DNA of 62,006 nucleotides. Origin: an uncultured Enterobacteriaceae bacterium (GTDB lineage: Bacteria; Pseudomonadota; Gammaproteobacteria; Burkholderiales; SG8-39). Positions within the stretch are counted from its first letter, which is position 1. Each line of letters opens with the position of its first letter. A model generated the notes under the pieces. It searched no databases and was not told the origin of the DNA. It saw only the letters and a program-made list of their open reading frames with translations. The position numbers and the translations under genes were made by a program. Positions 9,598 through 19,335 of the stretch are shown one piece after another. The stretch lies in contig CAZXAR010000001.1 in the NCBI GenBank assembly GCA_964638135.1, positions 13,333-75,338 on the forward strand. The letters are read 5' to 3'.

Positions 9598-10357
9598 GCA
9601 GGAACGCCTCGCGCGCCGCGGTCGATTCCGCGCTTGCGGCGGCGAGCTGCAGCTGATCGTGCGCCATGTAGCTGACCGCATGCGCACCGAGATTGGCATA
9701 GACGTTGACCGCTTCCTTGCTCATCCGCACGGCGTGCCTGGGCTGCGCGAGCGCAGCTTCGGCAAGGGCGCGCGCGCCGGCCAGTGCGCCGCGAGCGGGA
9801 GCCAGGGCGTCGACGAGCCCCATCGCAAACGCCTCCGTGGCGCTGCAGCGCTCGCAAAGGATCGTGAGCCGCTTTGCGCGCGACGGGCCGACAAGATTCA
9901 CGAGCCGCGGAATCGTGCCCCAGGTGAGCGGGATTCCAAGGCCGATTTCGGGGAAGGAAACGAACGCGTTCCGCGCCGCCACGCGCCAGTCGAGCGCGAG
10001 CGCGAGCGCAAGTCCGCCGCCGATCGCGTGGCCCTCGATCGCGGCGACGGTGATCTGGGGCAGTTCCTCCCACGCCCGCGCCATCCGGAAACCGAGCGAG
10101 GCGACCTCGCGCTTCGCGGCGAGCGGCGCATCTTGCTCCGCCCACCGGCGCGCGTCTTTCAGGTCGGCGCCGGCTGAGAACACACCGCCCGCGCCGGTGA
10201 CGATCACGGCGTCGATGTCGGTGCGTGTGGCAAGCGCGCCGGCGCAGGCGATCATCTCCCGCATCAAGTCCACCGACATTGCATTGCGCTGCCGGGGACG
10301 GTTGAGCGTGACCCGTGCGACGCGCTCCCGCTCGTCTACGACCAAGGTTTCGTACAT
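9506..10357 (-). CDS. Enoyl-CoA hydratase/isomerase (crotonase) family protein
   Basis: Crotonase motifs [18 protein letters not shown] and [19 protein letters not shown]. The Arg-rich C-terminal tail overlaps the tilS 3' end. Confidence 0.85.
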   Translation of the reverse strand: MYETLVVDERERVARVTLNRPRQRNAMSVDLMREMIACAGALATRTDIDAVIVTGAGGVFSAGADLKDARRWAEQDAPLAAKREVASLGFRMARAWEELPQITVAAIEGHAIGGGLALALALDWRVAARNAFVSFPEIGLGIPLTWGTIPRLVNLVGPSRAKRLTILCERCSATEAFAMGLVDALAPARGALAGARALAEAALAQPRHAVRMSKEAVNVYANLGAHAVSYMAHDQLQLAAASAESTAAREAFLLRRAGTTRARSRASRPARGSSRRRQAPAPR

Positions 10358-10398
10358 GAATGCAAGCCTTTGTTTTTACGCGAAAGTAAATGCCATCG

Positions 10399-10407
10399 TG
10401 CTATACT
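10399..10407 (+). promoter_or_regulatory. Putative extended -10 promoter (TGcTATACT) for ndk
   Basis: TGCTATACT lies 36 nt upstream of the ndk ATG in an AT-rich intergenic patch. The same 16-mer occurs upstream of cysS. Confidence 0.4.
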
Positions 10408-10442
10408 TTTCAACTTTTCGAAAACCTTTCTGGAGAGACGGG

Positions 10443-10868
10443 ATGGCGGTCGAGCGGACCCTTTCGATCATCAAGCCGGACGCGGTGAAGAAGAACACGA
10501 TCGGCCGGATCCTGGCTCGGTTCGAAGCCGCCGGCCTCAAGATCGTCGCGGCACGCATGATGCATTTGTCGCGCGCCGAAGCCGAAGGATTCTACGCGGT
10601 TCACCGCGGGCGGCCGTTTTTCAAGGACCTGGTCGAGTTCATGATTTCCGGGCCGGTCCTGGTGCAGGTGCTCGACGGCGAGAATGCGATCGCGCGGAAC
10701 CGCGAATTGATGGGCGCCACCGATCCCAAGCAGGCGGCCCCGGGAACGATCCGGGCGGATTTCGCGGCTTCGATCGATGCGAATGCGGTGCACGGTTCCG
10801 ACAGTCCGGAAACTGCGTGCTTCGAAGTCGCCTATTTCTTTCCGGTGTGCGAGATCTTCGCGCGCTGA
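10443..10868 (+). CDS. ndk: Nucleoside diphosphate kinase
   Basis: 141 aa: [15 protein letters not shown]..., with the active-site His motif NAVHGSDS. Uses an internal ATG of the track ORF 9705-10868. Confidence 0.95.
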   Translation: MAVERTLSIIKPDAVKKNTIGRILARFEAAGLKIVAARMMHLSRAEAEGFYAVHRGRPFFKDLVEFMISGPVLVQVLDGENAIARNRELMGATDPKQAAPGTIRADFAASIDANAVHGSDSPETACFEVAYFFPVCEIFAR

Positions 10869-10878
10869 ACCCGGCCGC

Positions 10879-11982
10879 ATGACGGTGAATCTGCTCGATT
10901 TCGACCGCGCCGCGATGGAGCGGCATTTTGCTCGCATCGGCGAGAAGCCGTTTCGCGCCCGGCAGGTGATGCGCTGGATCCATCAGCGCGGCGCGCACGA
11001 TGTCGACGCGATGACCGATCTCGCGAAGGCGTTGCGCATGCGTCTTGCGGCGTCGGCGAGCATCCTTCCGCCGCGCGTGGTGGGCGACAGCACGACGGAC
11101 GACGGAACACGCAAGTGGCTGGTGCAGATCGATGGCGCGAACGCGGTCGAGTCGGTGTTCATTCCGGAACCGCGGCGCGGGACGCTGTGCGTTTCCACGC
11201 AGGCGGGCTGCGCCCTGGACTGCGCGTTCTGCTCGACCGGCAAGCAGGGCTTCAACCGCAATCTGACCACCGCGGAAATCATCGGCCAGTTGTGGATCGG
11301 CAACCGGGAGCTCGGCGGGAAAAGCGGCGAACGGCCGATCACCAACGTAGTCCTGATGGGAATGGGCGAGCCGCTGCTCAATCTGGACGCGGTGCTTCCG
11401 GCGCTCCACCTGATGCTCGACGACGACGCCTACGGGCTTTCGCGCCGGCGCGTCACCGTATCCACTTCCGGCGTGGTCCCCGGAATCGACCGGCTGCGCG
11501 ACGAATGCCCGGTGGCACTCGCCGTCTCCCTGCACGCGCCCGACGATCACCTGCGCGATCGCCTGGTTCCGATCAACCGCCGGTATCCGGTCCGCGAGCT
11601 GCTCGCGGCCTGCAACCGGTACCTGGAGCGCGCGCCGCGCGACTTCATCACGTTCGAGTACGTGATGCTGGAGGGCGTGAACGACTCGCCGGCGCAGGCA
11701 CGCGCGCTGCTGCGGCTCGCGGAGCGGGTGCGCTGCAAGTTCAACCTGATTCCGTTCAATCCGTTTCCCGGAACCGCCTTCACGCGCTCCAGTCCGGAAC
11801 GGATCAGCGGGTTTGCCGAGGTGCTGCGCCGGGCGGGAATCACGGTCACCACGCGCAGGACGCGCGGCGAGTCGATCGACGCGGCCTGCGGCCAGCTCGC
11901 CGGCGAAGTCTCCGACCGCACGCGCCGCACGGCCGACGGAGCGCGGCGCCACCGCGTTCCGATCCGGGAGCTCAGCGCATGA
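10879..11982 (+). CDS. rlmN: 23S rRNA/tRNA (adenine-C2)-methyltransferase, radical SAM
   Basis: Radical SAM motif [11 protein letters not shown] and an N-terminus typical of RlmN ([14 protein letters not shown]). Start at ATG 10879. Confidence 0.95.
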   Translation: MTVNLLDFDRAAMERHFARIGEKPFRARQVMRWIHQRGAHDVDAMTDLAKALRMRLAASASILPPRVVGDSTTDDGTRKWLVQIDGANAVESVFIPEPRRGTLCVSTQAGCALDCAFCSTGKQGFNRNLTTAEIIGQLWIGNRELGGKSGERPITNVVLMGMGEPLLNLDAVLPALHLMLDDDAYGLSRRRVTVSTSGVVPGIDRLRDECPVALAVSLHAPDDHLRDRLVPINRRYPVRELLAACNRYLERAPRDFITFEYVMLEGVNDSPAQARALLRLAERVRCKFNLIPFNPFPGTAFTRSSPERISGFAEVLRRAGITVTTRRTRGESIDAACGQLAGEVSDRTRRTADGARRHRVPIRELSA

Positions 11983-12761
11983 ATCCGCTGTTGCGTGCTG
12001 CGGTGTTCCTTGCGATCGGGGGATGCGCGGTGCCGCCACAGGCTCCGGAGCCGGTCGCCGAGACCGGCACCATCAAGGGAGAGGTCGGGGATCCGCGCAA
12101 TCGCGCCAAGATCCACACCGAGCTCGCCTCGCTCTATTTTCAGCGCGGCAACATGGGCGTGGCGCTCGAGGAGTTGCGCATTGCGATCGCGGCGGACCCG
12201 GCCTACGCGCAGGCGTACGGCATGTTCGGACTGGTCTACATGGAACTGCGCGAGCTGAAGCTCGCGGAACAGAATTTCCAGCGCGCGCTGGGGCTCGCGC
12301 CGCAGGATCCGGACCTGAACCACAACTACGGCTGGTTCCTGTGCCAGATCGGTCGCGAAAGCGACGGCATCAAGTACTTCGTGCAGGCGACCCAGAACCC
12401 GCTTTACACGACGCCGTCGCGCTCATTCGCGGCGGCAGGAATCTGCGCGCTGCGCAAGGACCGGATCGGCGAGGCGGAAGGATTTTTCCAGCGCGCGCTC
12501 AAGGTCGAACCGGACGACCCCGCCTCGCTCCTGCAGCTCGGGCTGATTCGCTACCGGCAGGGGAATTACAGCGACTCGCGTACGCTCGTCTCGCGTTTCA
12601 ACAAGCTGATCGAGCCGACCCCCGAATCGCTCTGGCTGGCGCTGCGGATCGAGCGCAAGCTCGGCGACCGGATGGCCGAGGCGAGCTTCGCCAGCCAGCT
12701 GAGCCGGCGCTATCCCGGATCGCGCGAGCACCAGCTTCTCCAGCGCGGCGATTTCGACTGA
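11979..12761 (+). CDS. pilW: Type IV pilus biogenesis/stability TPR lipoprotein PilW (PilF-like)
   Basis: Lipobox LAIGGC, TPR repeats, and an ATGA overlap with the rlmN stop. The position between rlmN and rodZ is conserved. Confidence 0.8.
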   Translation: MNPLLRAAVFLAIGGCAVPPQAPEPVAETGTIKGEVGDPRNRAKIHTELASLYFQRGNMGVALEELRIAIAADPAYAQAYGMFGLVYMELRELKLAEQNFQRALGLAPQDPDLNHNYGWFLCQIGRESDGIKYFVQATQNPLYTTPSRSFAAAGICALRKDRIGEAEGFFQRALKVEPDDPASLLQLGLIRYRQGNYSDSRTLVSRFNKLIEPTPESLWLALRIERKLGDRMAEASFASQLSRRYPGSREHQLLQRGDFD

Positions 12762-12764
12762 ACC

Positions 12765-13601
12765 ATGGAGCGCGAGCGCACCGGACCATCGGCGGCAGCA
12801 GCGACGTCGAGCGTTGCGGCGAGCGTCGGCGAGATGCTTGCCGACCGGCGGCGTGCACTCGGGCTTTCCGTCGAGGACGTGGCGCTCAAGCTGAAATTCA
12901 GGGTCCGGCAGATCGAAGCGCTGGAACGGGGACGATTCGAGCGGCTGTCCGGTCCGACGTTCGTGCGCGGGATGGTTCGCGCCTACGCGCGGCTCGTCGG
13001 CCTGGAGCCCGATCCGCTGATCGAGCGCATGGCAGCCTGCTTCGCGATGCCGGAGGATCGACTTTCGGCATTGGCGATGCGAAGGCCGATCCCGTTCTCG
13101 GACGGCGCGAAGCGCGCCAACCTTCCCTATGCAATCCTGTCGGTAGCGGTCCTCGGGGTGATCGCCGCGGTCGCCTGGGAGTGGCACGACGAGCGCGCCG
13201 GGCGAAACCGGCTCACGTTCGTGCGTGCGGCGCAGATCCCGCTCGAGCCGGCACGCGCGCCGGTGGAGATCACCGCGACCGCGCCCATCGCCGCGGAGCT
13301 GCCTGCGGTGGCGCAGGAGCGCGACCGTCCGGCCGACGCGGCTGCCCCAGAGGCGAGCGACGGCACGCGCCGGCTTACGCTGCGATTCGACGGCGATTCC
13401 TGGGTGGAAATTCGCGCGCGCGGCGGGGGAATCGTGCTTTCGCGGCTCAATTCCGCCGGAACCGAGCGCGTCATCGAGGGCCGGCCGCCGTTCAACCTCG
13501 TGATTGGTAACGCGCAGCAGGTCCGGCTGCGCTACGACGATCGCCCGATCGACCTGGCGCCGCACCTCAAGTCCGACGTGGCGCGGTTGCGGCTGGAGTG
13601 A
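12765..13601 (+). CDS. rodZ: Cytoskeleton protein RodZ-like (HTH plus transmembrane segment)
   Basis: N-terminal XRE-type HTH ([23 protein letters not shown]), a single TM segment ([16 protein letters not shown]) and a conserved C-terminal domain. Located immediately upstream of ispG. Confidence 0.75.
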   Translation: MERERTGPSAAAATSSVAASVGEMLADRRRALGLSVEDVALKLKFRVRQIEALERGRFERLSGPTFVRGMVRAYARLVGLEPDPLIERMAACFAMPEDRLSALAMRRPIPFSDGAKRANLPYAILSVAVLGVIAAVAWEWHDERAGRNRLTFVRAAQIPLEPARAPVEITATAPIAAELPAVAQERDRPADAAAPEASDGTRRLTLRFDGDSWVEIRARGGGIVLSRLNSAGTERVIEGRPPFNLVIGNAQQVRLRYDDRPIDLAPHLKSDVARLRLE

Positions 13602-14920
13602 CCGTGTCGGTTCGCAGGCTCTCGACCCGGGTGCAGGTCGGCGGTGTGGCGATCGGCGGCGGCGCGCCGATCGTCGTGCAGTCGATGACCAACACGGACA
13701 CCGCGGACGCGGAGGCGACGGCGCGGCAGGTGGCCGAGCTTTGGCGCGCGGGTTCCGAGCTGGTGCGGATCACCGTGAACACGCCCGAAGCGGCGGCGCA
13801 GGTCGCGGAGATCCGCGCGCGGCTCGACCGAGCGGGTTGCGAGGTCCCCCTGGTCGGCGATTTTCACTTTAACGGCCACAAATTGCTGGCGCAGTACCCC
13901 GATTGCGCCAGGGCGCTTGCCAAGTACCGCATCAATCCCGGCAATGTCGGCAAGGGCGCGAGGCGCGATGAGCAGTTCGCGACCATGATCGAGGCGGCGC
14001 TGCGCTGGGACAAGCCGGTTCGCATCGGCGTCAATTGGGGCTCGCTCGATCCCGAACTGCTTGCGCGCGTGATGGACGAAAACGCGGCGCGAAGCGAGCC
14101 GCTGTCGGCCGCCGAAGTCGTGCGCGAGGCCCTGGTGCGCTCCGCGCTCGAATCCGCACAGCAGGCGCAGTCGCTCGGGCTCGGTGCGGACCGGATCGTG
14201 ATCTCGTGCAAGGTGAGCGGCGTGCAGGACCTCGTCGCCGTCTACCGCGAACTCGCGGGCCGCTGCGGCCATGCGCTGCACCTCGGGCTCACGGAAGCGG
14301 GAATGGGCTCCAAGGGGATCGTCGCCTCGAGTGCCGCGATGGCGATTCTGCTGCAGGAAGGCATCGGCGACACGATTCGCGTTTCCCTCACGCCGGAACC
14401 GGGCGGGGACCGCACGCGCGAGGTCGTGGTGGCACAGGAGCTGCTGCAGACGATGGGGTTGCGCAGCTTCACGCCGCTGGTCGCGGCATGCCCGGGGTGC
14501 GGGCGAACCGCGAGCACCTTCTTTCAGGAACTGGCGGACCGGATCCAGTCGTACCTGCGCGCGCAGATGCCCGCCTGGCGCGAGCGCTATCCCGGCGTCG
14601 AGGAGATGCGCGTCGCCGTGATGGGCTGCGTGGTGAACGGACCCGGGGAATCCAAGCACGCCGACATCGGCATCAGCCTGCCGGGCACCAACGAGTTCCC
14701 GGTCGCGCCGGTTTACGTGGACGGCGAAAAGACCGTCACGCTCAAGGGCGAGCGCATCGCCGAGGAATTCGAGGCGATCGTCGAGGCGTATGTGCGCAAG
14801 AGATTCGCCCCCGAAGCACGGCGGGGCGTGCGCGCGGACGAGAATGCGTCCGGCCGTCCGCGCGGCCCGCTCGCCGGGGGCGCCGGCACCCAGCGCATTT
14901 CCATCAAGCCGCAGTCATGA
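13598..14920 (+). CDS. ispG: 4-hydroxy-3-methylbut-2-en-1-yl diphosphate synthase
   Basis: GcpE motifs VQSMTNTDT and ACPGCGRT. The GTG start overlaps the rodZ stop (GTGA). Confidence 0.95.
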   Translation: MTVSVRRLSTRVQVGGVAIGGGAPIVVQSMTNTDTADAEATARQVAELWRAGSELVRITVNTPEAAAQVAEIRARLDRAGCEVPLVGDFHFNGHKLLAQYPDCARALAKYRINPGNVGKGARRDEQFATMIEAALRWDKPVRIGVNWGSLDPELLARVMDENAARSEPLSAAEVVREALVRSALESAQQAQSLGLGADRIVISCKVSGVQDLVAVYRELAGRCGHALHLGLTEAGMGSKGIVASSAAMAILLQEGIGDTIRVSLTPEPGGDRTREVVVAQELLQTMGLRSFTPLVAACPGCGRTASTFFQELADRIQSYLRAQMPAWRERYPGVEEMRVAVMGCVVNGPGESKHADIGISLPGTNEFPVAPVYVDGEKTVTLKGERIAEEFEAIVEAYVRKRFAPEARRGVRADENASGRPRGPLAGGAGTQRISIKPQS

Positions 14921-16188
14921 CCGCAATCCAGGCGATCCGCGGCATGAACGACGTGCTGCCGGATGAGGCGGCGCTGTGGCTCGCGTTCGAGCACAAGCTC
15001 GAGAATTGGCTCGAGCGCTGGGGCTATCGGAACGTGCGCATGCCGCTGGTCGAGAGTACGGCCCTGTTTCGGCGCGCGATCGGCGAGGCGACCGACATCG
15101 TCGAAAAGGAGATGTATTCGTGGCGCGATGAGCTGAACCGGGAGGAACTGACGCTGCGTCCGGAGGGCACGGCATCCTGCGTGCGCGCGGCGATCGAGCA
15201 CAACCTGCTGTACGACGGGCCCAAGCGGCTCTGGTATGCCGGCCCGATGTACCGGCACGAGCGGCCGCAGAAGGGGCGCTATCGCCAGTTCCACCAGTAC
15301 GGCGCGGAGGCGCTTGGCTTTCCCGGCCCGGACGTCGATGCCGAACTGATCGTCATGTGCGCGCGCCTGTGGCAGGAGTTCGGCCTGGAGGGGATCCGCC
15401 TGGAGCTCAACACCATCGGCACGCCGCAGGAACGCGCGCGCTACCGTGCCGACCTGGTGAAGCACTTCGAGGCGCACGCGGCAAAGCTCGACGCGGACGC
15501 GAAGCGGCGCCTGCACACGAACCCCTTGCGCATTCTCGATTCCAAGAATCCCGCGGTGCGGCAGGTGGTCGAAGCGGCCCCGGACATGCAGCACTACCTC
15601 GGCGAGCATTCGCGCACCCATTTCGAAGGCCTCACGAAGCTGCTCGCTGCCGCCAACGTCACGTATGTAATGAATCCGCGCCTGGTTCGCGGCCTGGATT
15701 ACTACAACGGCACCGTCTTCGAGTGGGTTTCGGACCGGCTCGGCGCACAGGGCACGGTGTGCGGCGGCGGCCGCTACGACGGCTTGTTTGCGCTGCTGGG
15801 CGGCAAGCCTGCGCCGGCGGTCGGTTTTGCACTGGGATGCGAACGTCTCGTCACGCTGCTCAAGGACTGCGGGCGCGCGCCCGCAGTCCCGGCTCCGGAC
15901 GCCTACGTCCTGCAGCAGGGAGAGGGGACGTTCGAATTCGCGTTCGCGATCTCGGATGCGTTGCGTGCGGCCGGTTACTCGATCGTGCAGCACGCGGGCG
16001 GGGGCAGCTTCAAGTCGCAGATGAAGAAGGCCGACGCGAGCGGCGCCACGCTCGCGCTGATCGTCGGCGAAGACGAATTGCGCGCGGGCGAGGTCACGGT
16101 CAAGCCGTTGCGCGACGGGCGGGCGCAGCTGCGCGTCGCGCGCGCCGCGATCGTCGCCCGCCTGCCCGAATTCCTGAAAGGCGGATAG
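14917..16188 (+). CDS. hisS: Histidine--tRNA ligase
   Basis: Class II aminoacyl-tRNA synthetase motifs ([26 protein letters not shown]). ATGA overlap with the ispG stop. Confidence 0.95.
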   Translation: MTAIQAIRGMNDVLPDEAALWLAFEHKLENWLERWGYRNVRMPLVESTALFRRAIGEATDIVEKEMYSWRDELNREELTLRPEGTASCVRAAIEHNLLYDGPKRLWYAGPMYRHERPQKGRYRQFHQYGAEALGFPGPDVDAELIVMCARLWQEFGLEGIRLELNTIGTPQERARYRADLVKHFEAHAAKLDADAKRRLHTNPLRILDSKNPAVRQVVEAAPDMQHYLGEHSRTHFEGLTKLLAAANVTYVMNPRLVRGLDYYNGTVFEWVSDRLGAQGTVCGGGRYDGLFALLGGKPAPAVGFALGCERLVTLLKDCGRAPAVPAPDAYVLQQGEGTFEFAFAISDALRAAGYSIVQHAGGGSFKSQMKKADASGATLALIVGEDELRAGEVTVKPLRDGRAQLRVARAAIVARLPEFLKGG

Positions 16189-16190
16189 CC

Positions 16191-16832
16191 ATGGCAATGC
16201 AGAACCTGGACCTGGAAGAGCAGGAGCAGCTTGCTGCGCTGAAGGGATGGTGGAAGGACAACGGCAACCTGGTGCTCGGCCTCATTGCGGCGGCGGCATT
16301 TTCGGTTGCCGCGTGGCAGGGCTGGAACTGGTACCAGCGCACGCAGGGGCTGCAGGCGAGCGCGCTCTACGAGGCGCTTTCCAAGGCGACCCAGGGCGGC
16401 GACGCGAAGGCGGTGCGGGACGCAGGCGGCGCCCTCGTGGAAGGCTTTCCGCGCACGCTGTATGCGAGCATGGGCGCGCTCGCGTCGGCACGCTTCCACT
16501 TCGAACGCAACGACCTGAAAAGCGCCAAGGCGCAGCTGCAGTGGGTGATCGAGCGCGCTCCGTCGGACGAACTGCGCGACATCGCGCGCCTGCGCTTCGC
16601 CGCGCTGCTGCTGGACGAGAAGGCCTACGACGACGCCCTCCGGGAGCTGGAAGCAAAGCACGGCGCGGCGTTCGCGGCGCAGTTTGCGACGCTCAAGGGC
16701 GATGTCTTCGTCGCCAAGGGCCAGAACGCAGAAGCGAAGACGGCGTACCGGCTGGCCCTGGAGAAGGCCCACAAGACCGACGACGCGTTGCGCGCCGGCG
16801 TGCAGTTGCGCCTGGATGCGCTCGGAGGCTAG
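16191..16832 (+). CDS. YfgM-like membrane-anchored TPR protein
   Basis: 213 aa with an N-terminal TM segment (LVLGLIAAAAFSVAAW) and a TPR-like C-terminus. Conserved position between hisS and bamB. Confidence 0.75.
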   Translation: MAMQNLDLEEQEQLAALKGWWKDNGNLVLGLIAAAAFSVAAWQGWNWYQRTQGLQASALYEALSKATQGGDAKAVRDAGGALVEGFPRTLYASMGALASARFHFERNDLKSAKAQLQWVIERAPSDELRDIARLRFAALLLDEKAYDDALRELEAKHGAAFAAQFATLKGDVFVAKGQNAEAKTAYRLALEKAHKTDDALRAGVQLRLDALGG

Positions 16833-16834
16833 GC

Positions 16835-17992
16835 GTGCGGCGCATTCTGCCACTGCTCGCGGCGGCGGCGCTTTCGGCCTGCTCGAGCATGCCGAGCCTC
16901 AATCCGATCGACTGGTTCTCGGCAAGTTCGTCGGGGCCGAAGCCGGCCCAACTTCCGGCGCTGACCAACCCGCCGCCCGTGCGTGTGCTCTGGTCCGCCG
17001 CGCTTGGCACGGCCGACGCGTACGTTTTCAGTCCGGCACTCGCCGGCGAGAGCGTGTATGCCGCGGCGCGCGACGGCACCGTGGCGCGGCTCGAGGCATC
17101 GAACGGCCAGGTGCGCTGGCGAACATCGGTCGGGACGCGGATTTCCGCCGGCGTCGGCAGCGACGGCAGCCTCGCCGTGGTTGCGACCGAGGAAGGCGAG
17201 GTGTACGCGCTCGAGGCGCGGACCGGGGTGCTGCGCTGGAAGGCGCGCGTCTCGAGCGAAGTGCTCGCCGCTCCCGCGGTGGGCGGCGAGCTCGTGCTGG
17301 TGCGCAGCGCCGACAGCCGCATCTTCGCGTTTGCGGCCACCGACGGCAGGCGCCGCTGGGTATTTCAGCGCGCCGCCGCGCCTCTCATCGTGCGCTCGCC
17401 GGCGGGCGTCACGCTGCATCAGGGTCTCGCTTATGCCGGATTTTCGGGCGGCAAGCTGGTGGCGATCGCGCTCAGCAACGGCGGCGCGCGCTGGGAAGCG
17501 ACCGTGGCGGTGCCGAAAGGTGCGACCGAGCTCGAGCGCGTCACCGACATCGTCGGCAATCCCACCGTGCAGGGCCGCGAGGTGTGCGCGGCCGCGTACC
17601 AGGGACGCGTCGCCTGCTACGACGCGCAAAGCGGCGCGCAGCAGTGGGCGCGCGAGATGTCGACGCTGACCGGCGTGTCGTTCGACCCGCGCTACGCCTT
17701 CGTGAGCGATGATCAGGGCGCGGTGCACGCACTTGATCGCACGAACGGACGCAGCGTCTGGAAGCAGGACCGGCTTGCGCACCGCCGCCTGTCGCTGCCC
17801 GTGCCGACGGGAAGCGAGCTCGCGGTGGGCGACTTCGAAGGGCATGTGCATTTTCTGGCGCGGGATGCGGGCACCTTTGTCGCGCGCGCGGCGACCGATG
17901 GCAGTCCGGTGCGGGCAGCGCCGCTGACCCTGTCTTTCGGAGTGCTGGTGCAGACGCGCAACGGCGGACTGTACGCACTCGGCCTGCGGTGA
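16835..17992 (+). CDS. bamB: Outer membrane protein assembly factor BamB
   Basis: Lipoprotein signal (LLAAAALSAC) and repeated PQQ-like beta-propeller blades. GTG start, in frame within the track ORF 16247-17992. Confidence 0.9.
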   Translation: MRRILPLLAAAALSACSSMPSLNPIDWFSASSSGPKPAQLPALTNPPPVRVLWSAALGTADAYVFSPALAGESVYAAARDGTVARLEASNGQVRWRTSVGTRISAGVGSDGSLAVVATEEGEVYALEARTGVLRWKARVSSEVLAAPAVGGELVLVRSADSRIFAFAATDGRRRWVFQRAAAPLIVRSPAGVTLHQGLAYAGFSGGKLVAIALSNGGARWEATVAVPKGATELERVTDIVGNPTVQGREVCAAAYQGRVACYDAQSGAQQWAREMSTLTGVSFDPRYAFVSDDQGAVHALDRTNGRSVWKQDRLAHRRLSLPVPTGSELAVGDFEGHVHFLARDAGTFVARAATDGSPVRAAPLTLSFGVLVQTRNGGLYALGLR

Positions 17993-19335
17993 AGCCGATC
18001 CTCGCCCTGGTGGGGCGACCGAACGTCGGAAAATCGACGCTCTTCAACCGCCTCACGCGCAGGCGCGATGCAATCGTCGTCGACGTGCCCGGCGTGACGC
18101 GCGACCGGCACTACGGCGAGGGGCGGCTCGGCGGCCGCGCCTTCCTTGCGATCGACACCGGGGGGCTCGATCCCGCAGCCAAGCAGGGAATCTTCGCGCA
18201 GATGGCGCGCCAGGCCGAGCAGGCGATCGCGGAAGCCGATGCCGTGATCTTCATCGCCGACGCGCGCAGCGGGCTCGCTGCCGGCGACCGTGAGATCGCT
18301 GCGCGGCTGCGGCGCATCCATTCGAAAATCTGGGTCGCGGTGAACAAGGCCGAGGGGCTTGCGCCCGACGCGGCGACCGCGGAGTTCCACGCGCTGGGGC
18401 TGGGCCGACCGACGGCCATTTCCGCCGCGCACGGCACCGGAGTCCGGGAACTGCTGGAGGCGGTGCTGGCCGTCTTTCCGGAGGACGAGGAAGCGCACGA
18501 CCGCGGCGAAGCAAGCGACGGCCACCCGCGCGTGGCGATCGTCGGCAGGCCGAATGTGGGCAAGTCCACGCTCGTGAATACGCTCGTGGGCGAGGAGCGC
18601 GTCATCGTCTTCGATCAGCCGGGCACCACGCGCGACGCGATCGAGGTGAGCTTCGAGCGCGGCGGGCGGCCGTACACGCTGGTGGACACCGCCGGGCTGC
18701 GCAAGCGCGGCAAGAGTGGCGCCGAAGTCGAACGCTTCTCCATCGTGCGGACATTGCAGGCGATCGAAGCGTCCAACGTGGAGGTGCTGCTGCTCGACGC
18801 AACCGAGGGCATCAGCGAGCAGGACGCGCACGTCGCCGGATACATCCTCGAGCGCGGGCGCGCGGTGGTCCTGGCGGTGAACAAGTGGGATGCCGCGGAC
18901 CGCGACACGCGCGCGCGCCTCAAGTCCGAACTGCAGTGGAAGCTCGGCTTTCTCGCTTTTGCCGAGACGCACTTCGTCTCGGCCAAGTACGGCAAGGGCC
19001 TCGCGGACCTCGTGAAATCGATCGATCGCGCTTACGCGGCGGCGCACGCCAAGCTTTCGACCCCGCGCCTCACCCGCACCCTGATCGCCGCGGTCGCGCG
19101 CCAGGCGCCGCCGCGCAAGGGCTACGCGCGCCCCAAGATGCGCTATGCGCACCAGGGCGGCTCCAATCCGCCGCGCATCGTGATCCACGGCAACACGCTC
19201 GATCGCGTCCCTGACGGCTACCGGCGATACCTCGAAGGCGTTTTCCGCAAGGCCTTCGGCCTGGTCGGGACGCCGGTTGCGATCGAATTCCGCACTGGCG
19301 TCAACCCGTATGCGGGACGGCGGGCCTCGAGATAG
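17989..19335 (+). CDS. der: Ribosome-associated GTPase Der (EngA)
   Basis: Two tandem GTPase domains (GRPNVGKSTL twice) and a KH-like C-terminus. The GTG start overlaps the bamB stop. Confidence 0.95.
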   Translation: MKPILALVGRPNVGKSTLFNRLTRRRDAIVVDVPGVTRDRHYGEGRLGGRAFLAIDTGGLDPAAKQGIFAQMARQAEQAIAEADAVIFIADARSGLAAGDREIAARLRRIHSKIWVAVNKAEGLAPDAATAEFHALGLGRPTAISAAHGTGVRELLEAVLAVFPEDEEAHDRGEASDGHPRVAIVGRPNVGKSTLVNTLVGEERVIVFDQPGTTRDAIEVSFERGGRPYTLVDTAGLRKRGKSGAEVERFSIVRTLQAIEASNVEVLLLDATEGISEQDAHVAGYILERGRAVVLAVNKWDAADRDTRARLKSELQWKLGFLAFAETHFVSAKYGKGLADLVKSIDRAYAAAHAKLSTPRLTRTLIAAVARQAPPRKGYARPKMRYAHQGGSNPPRIVIHGNTLDRVPDGYRRYLEGVFRKAFGLVGTPVAIEFRTGVNPYAGRRASR

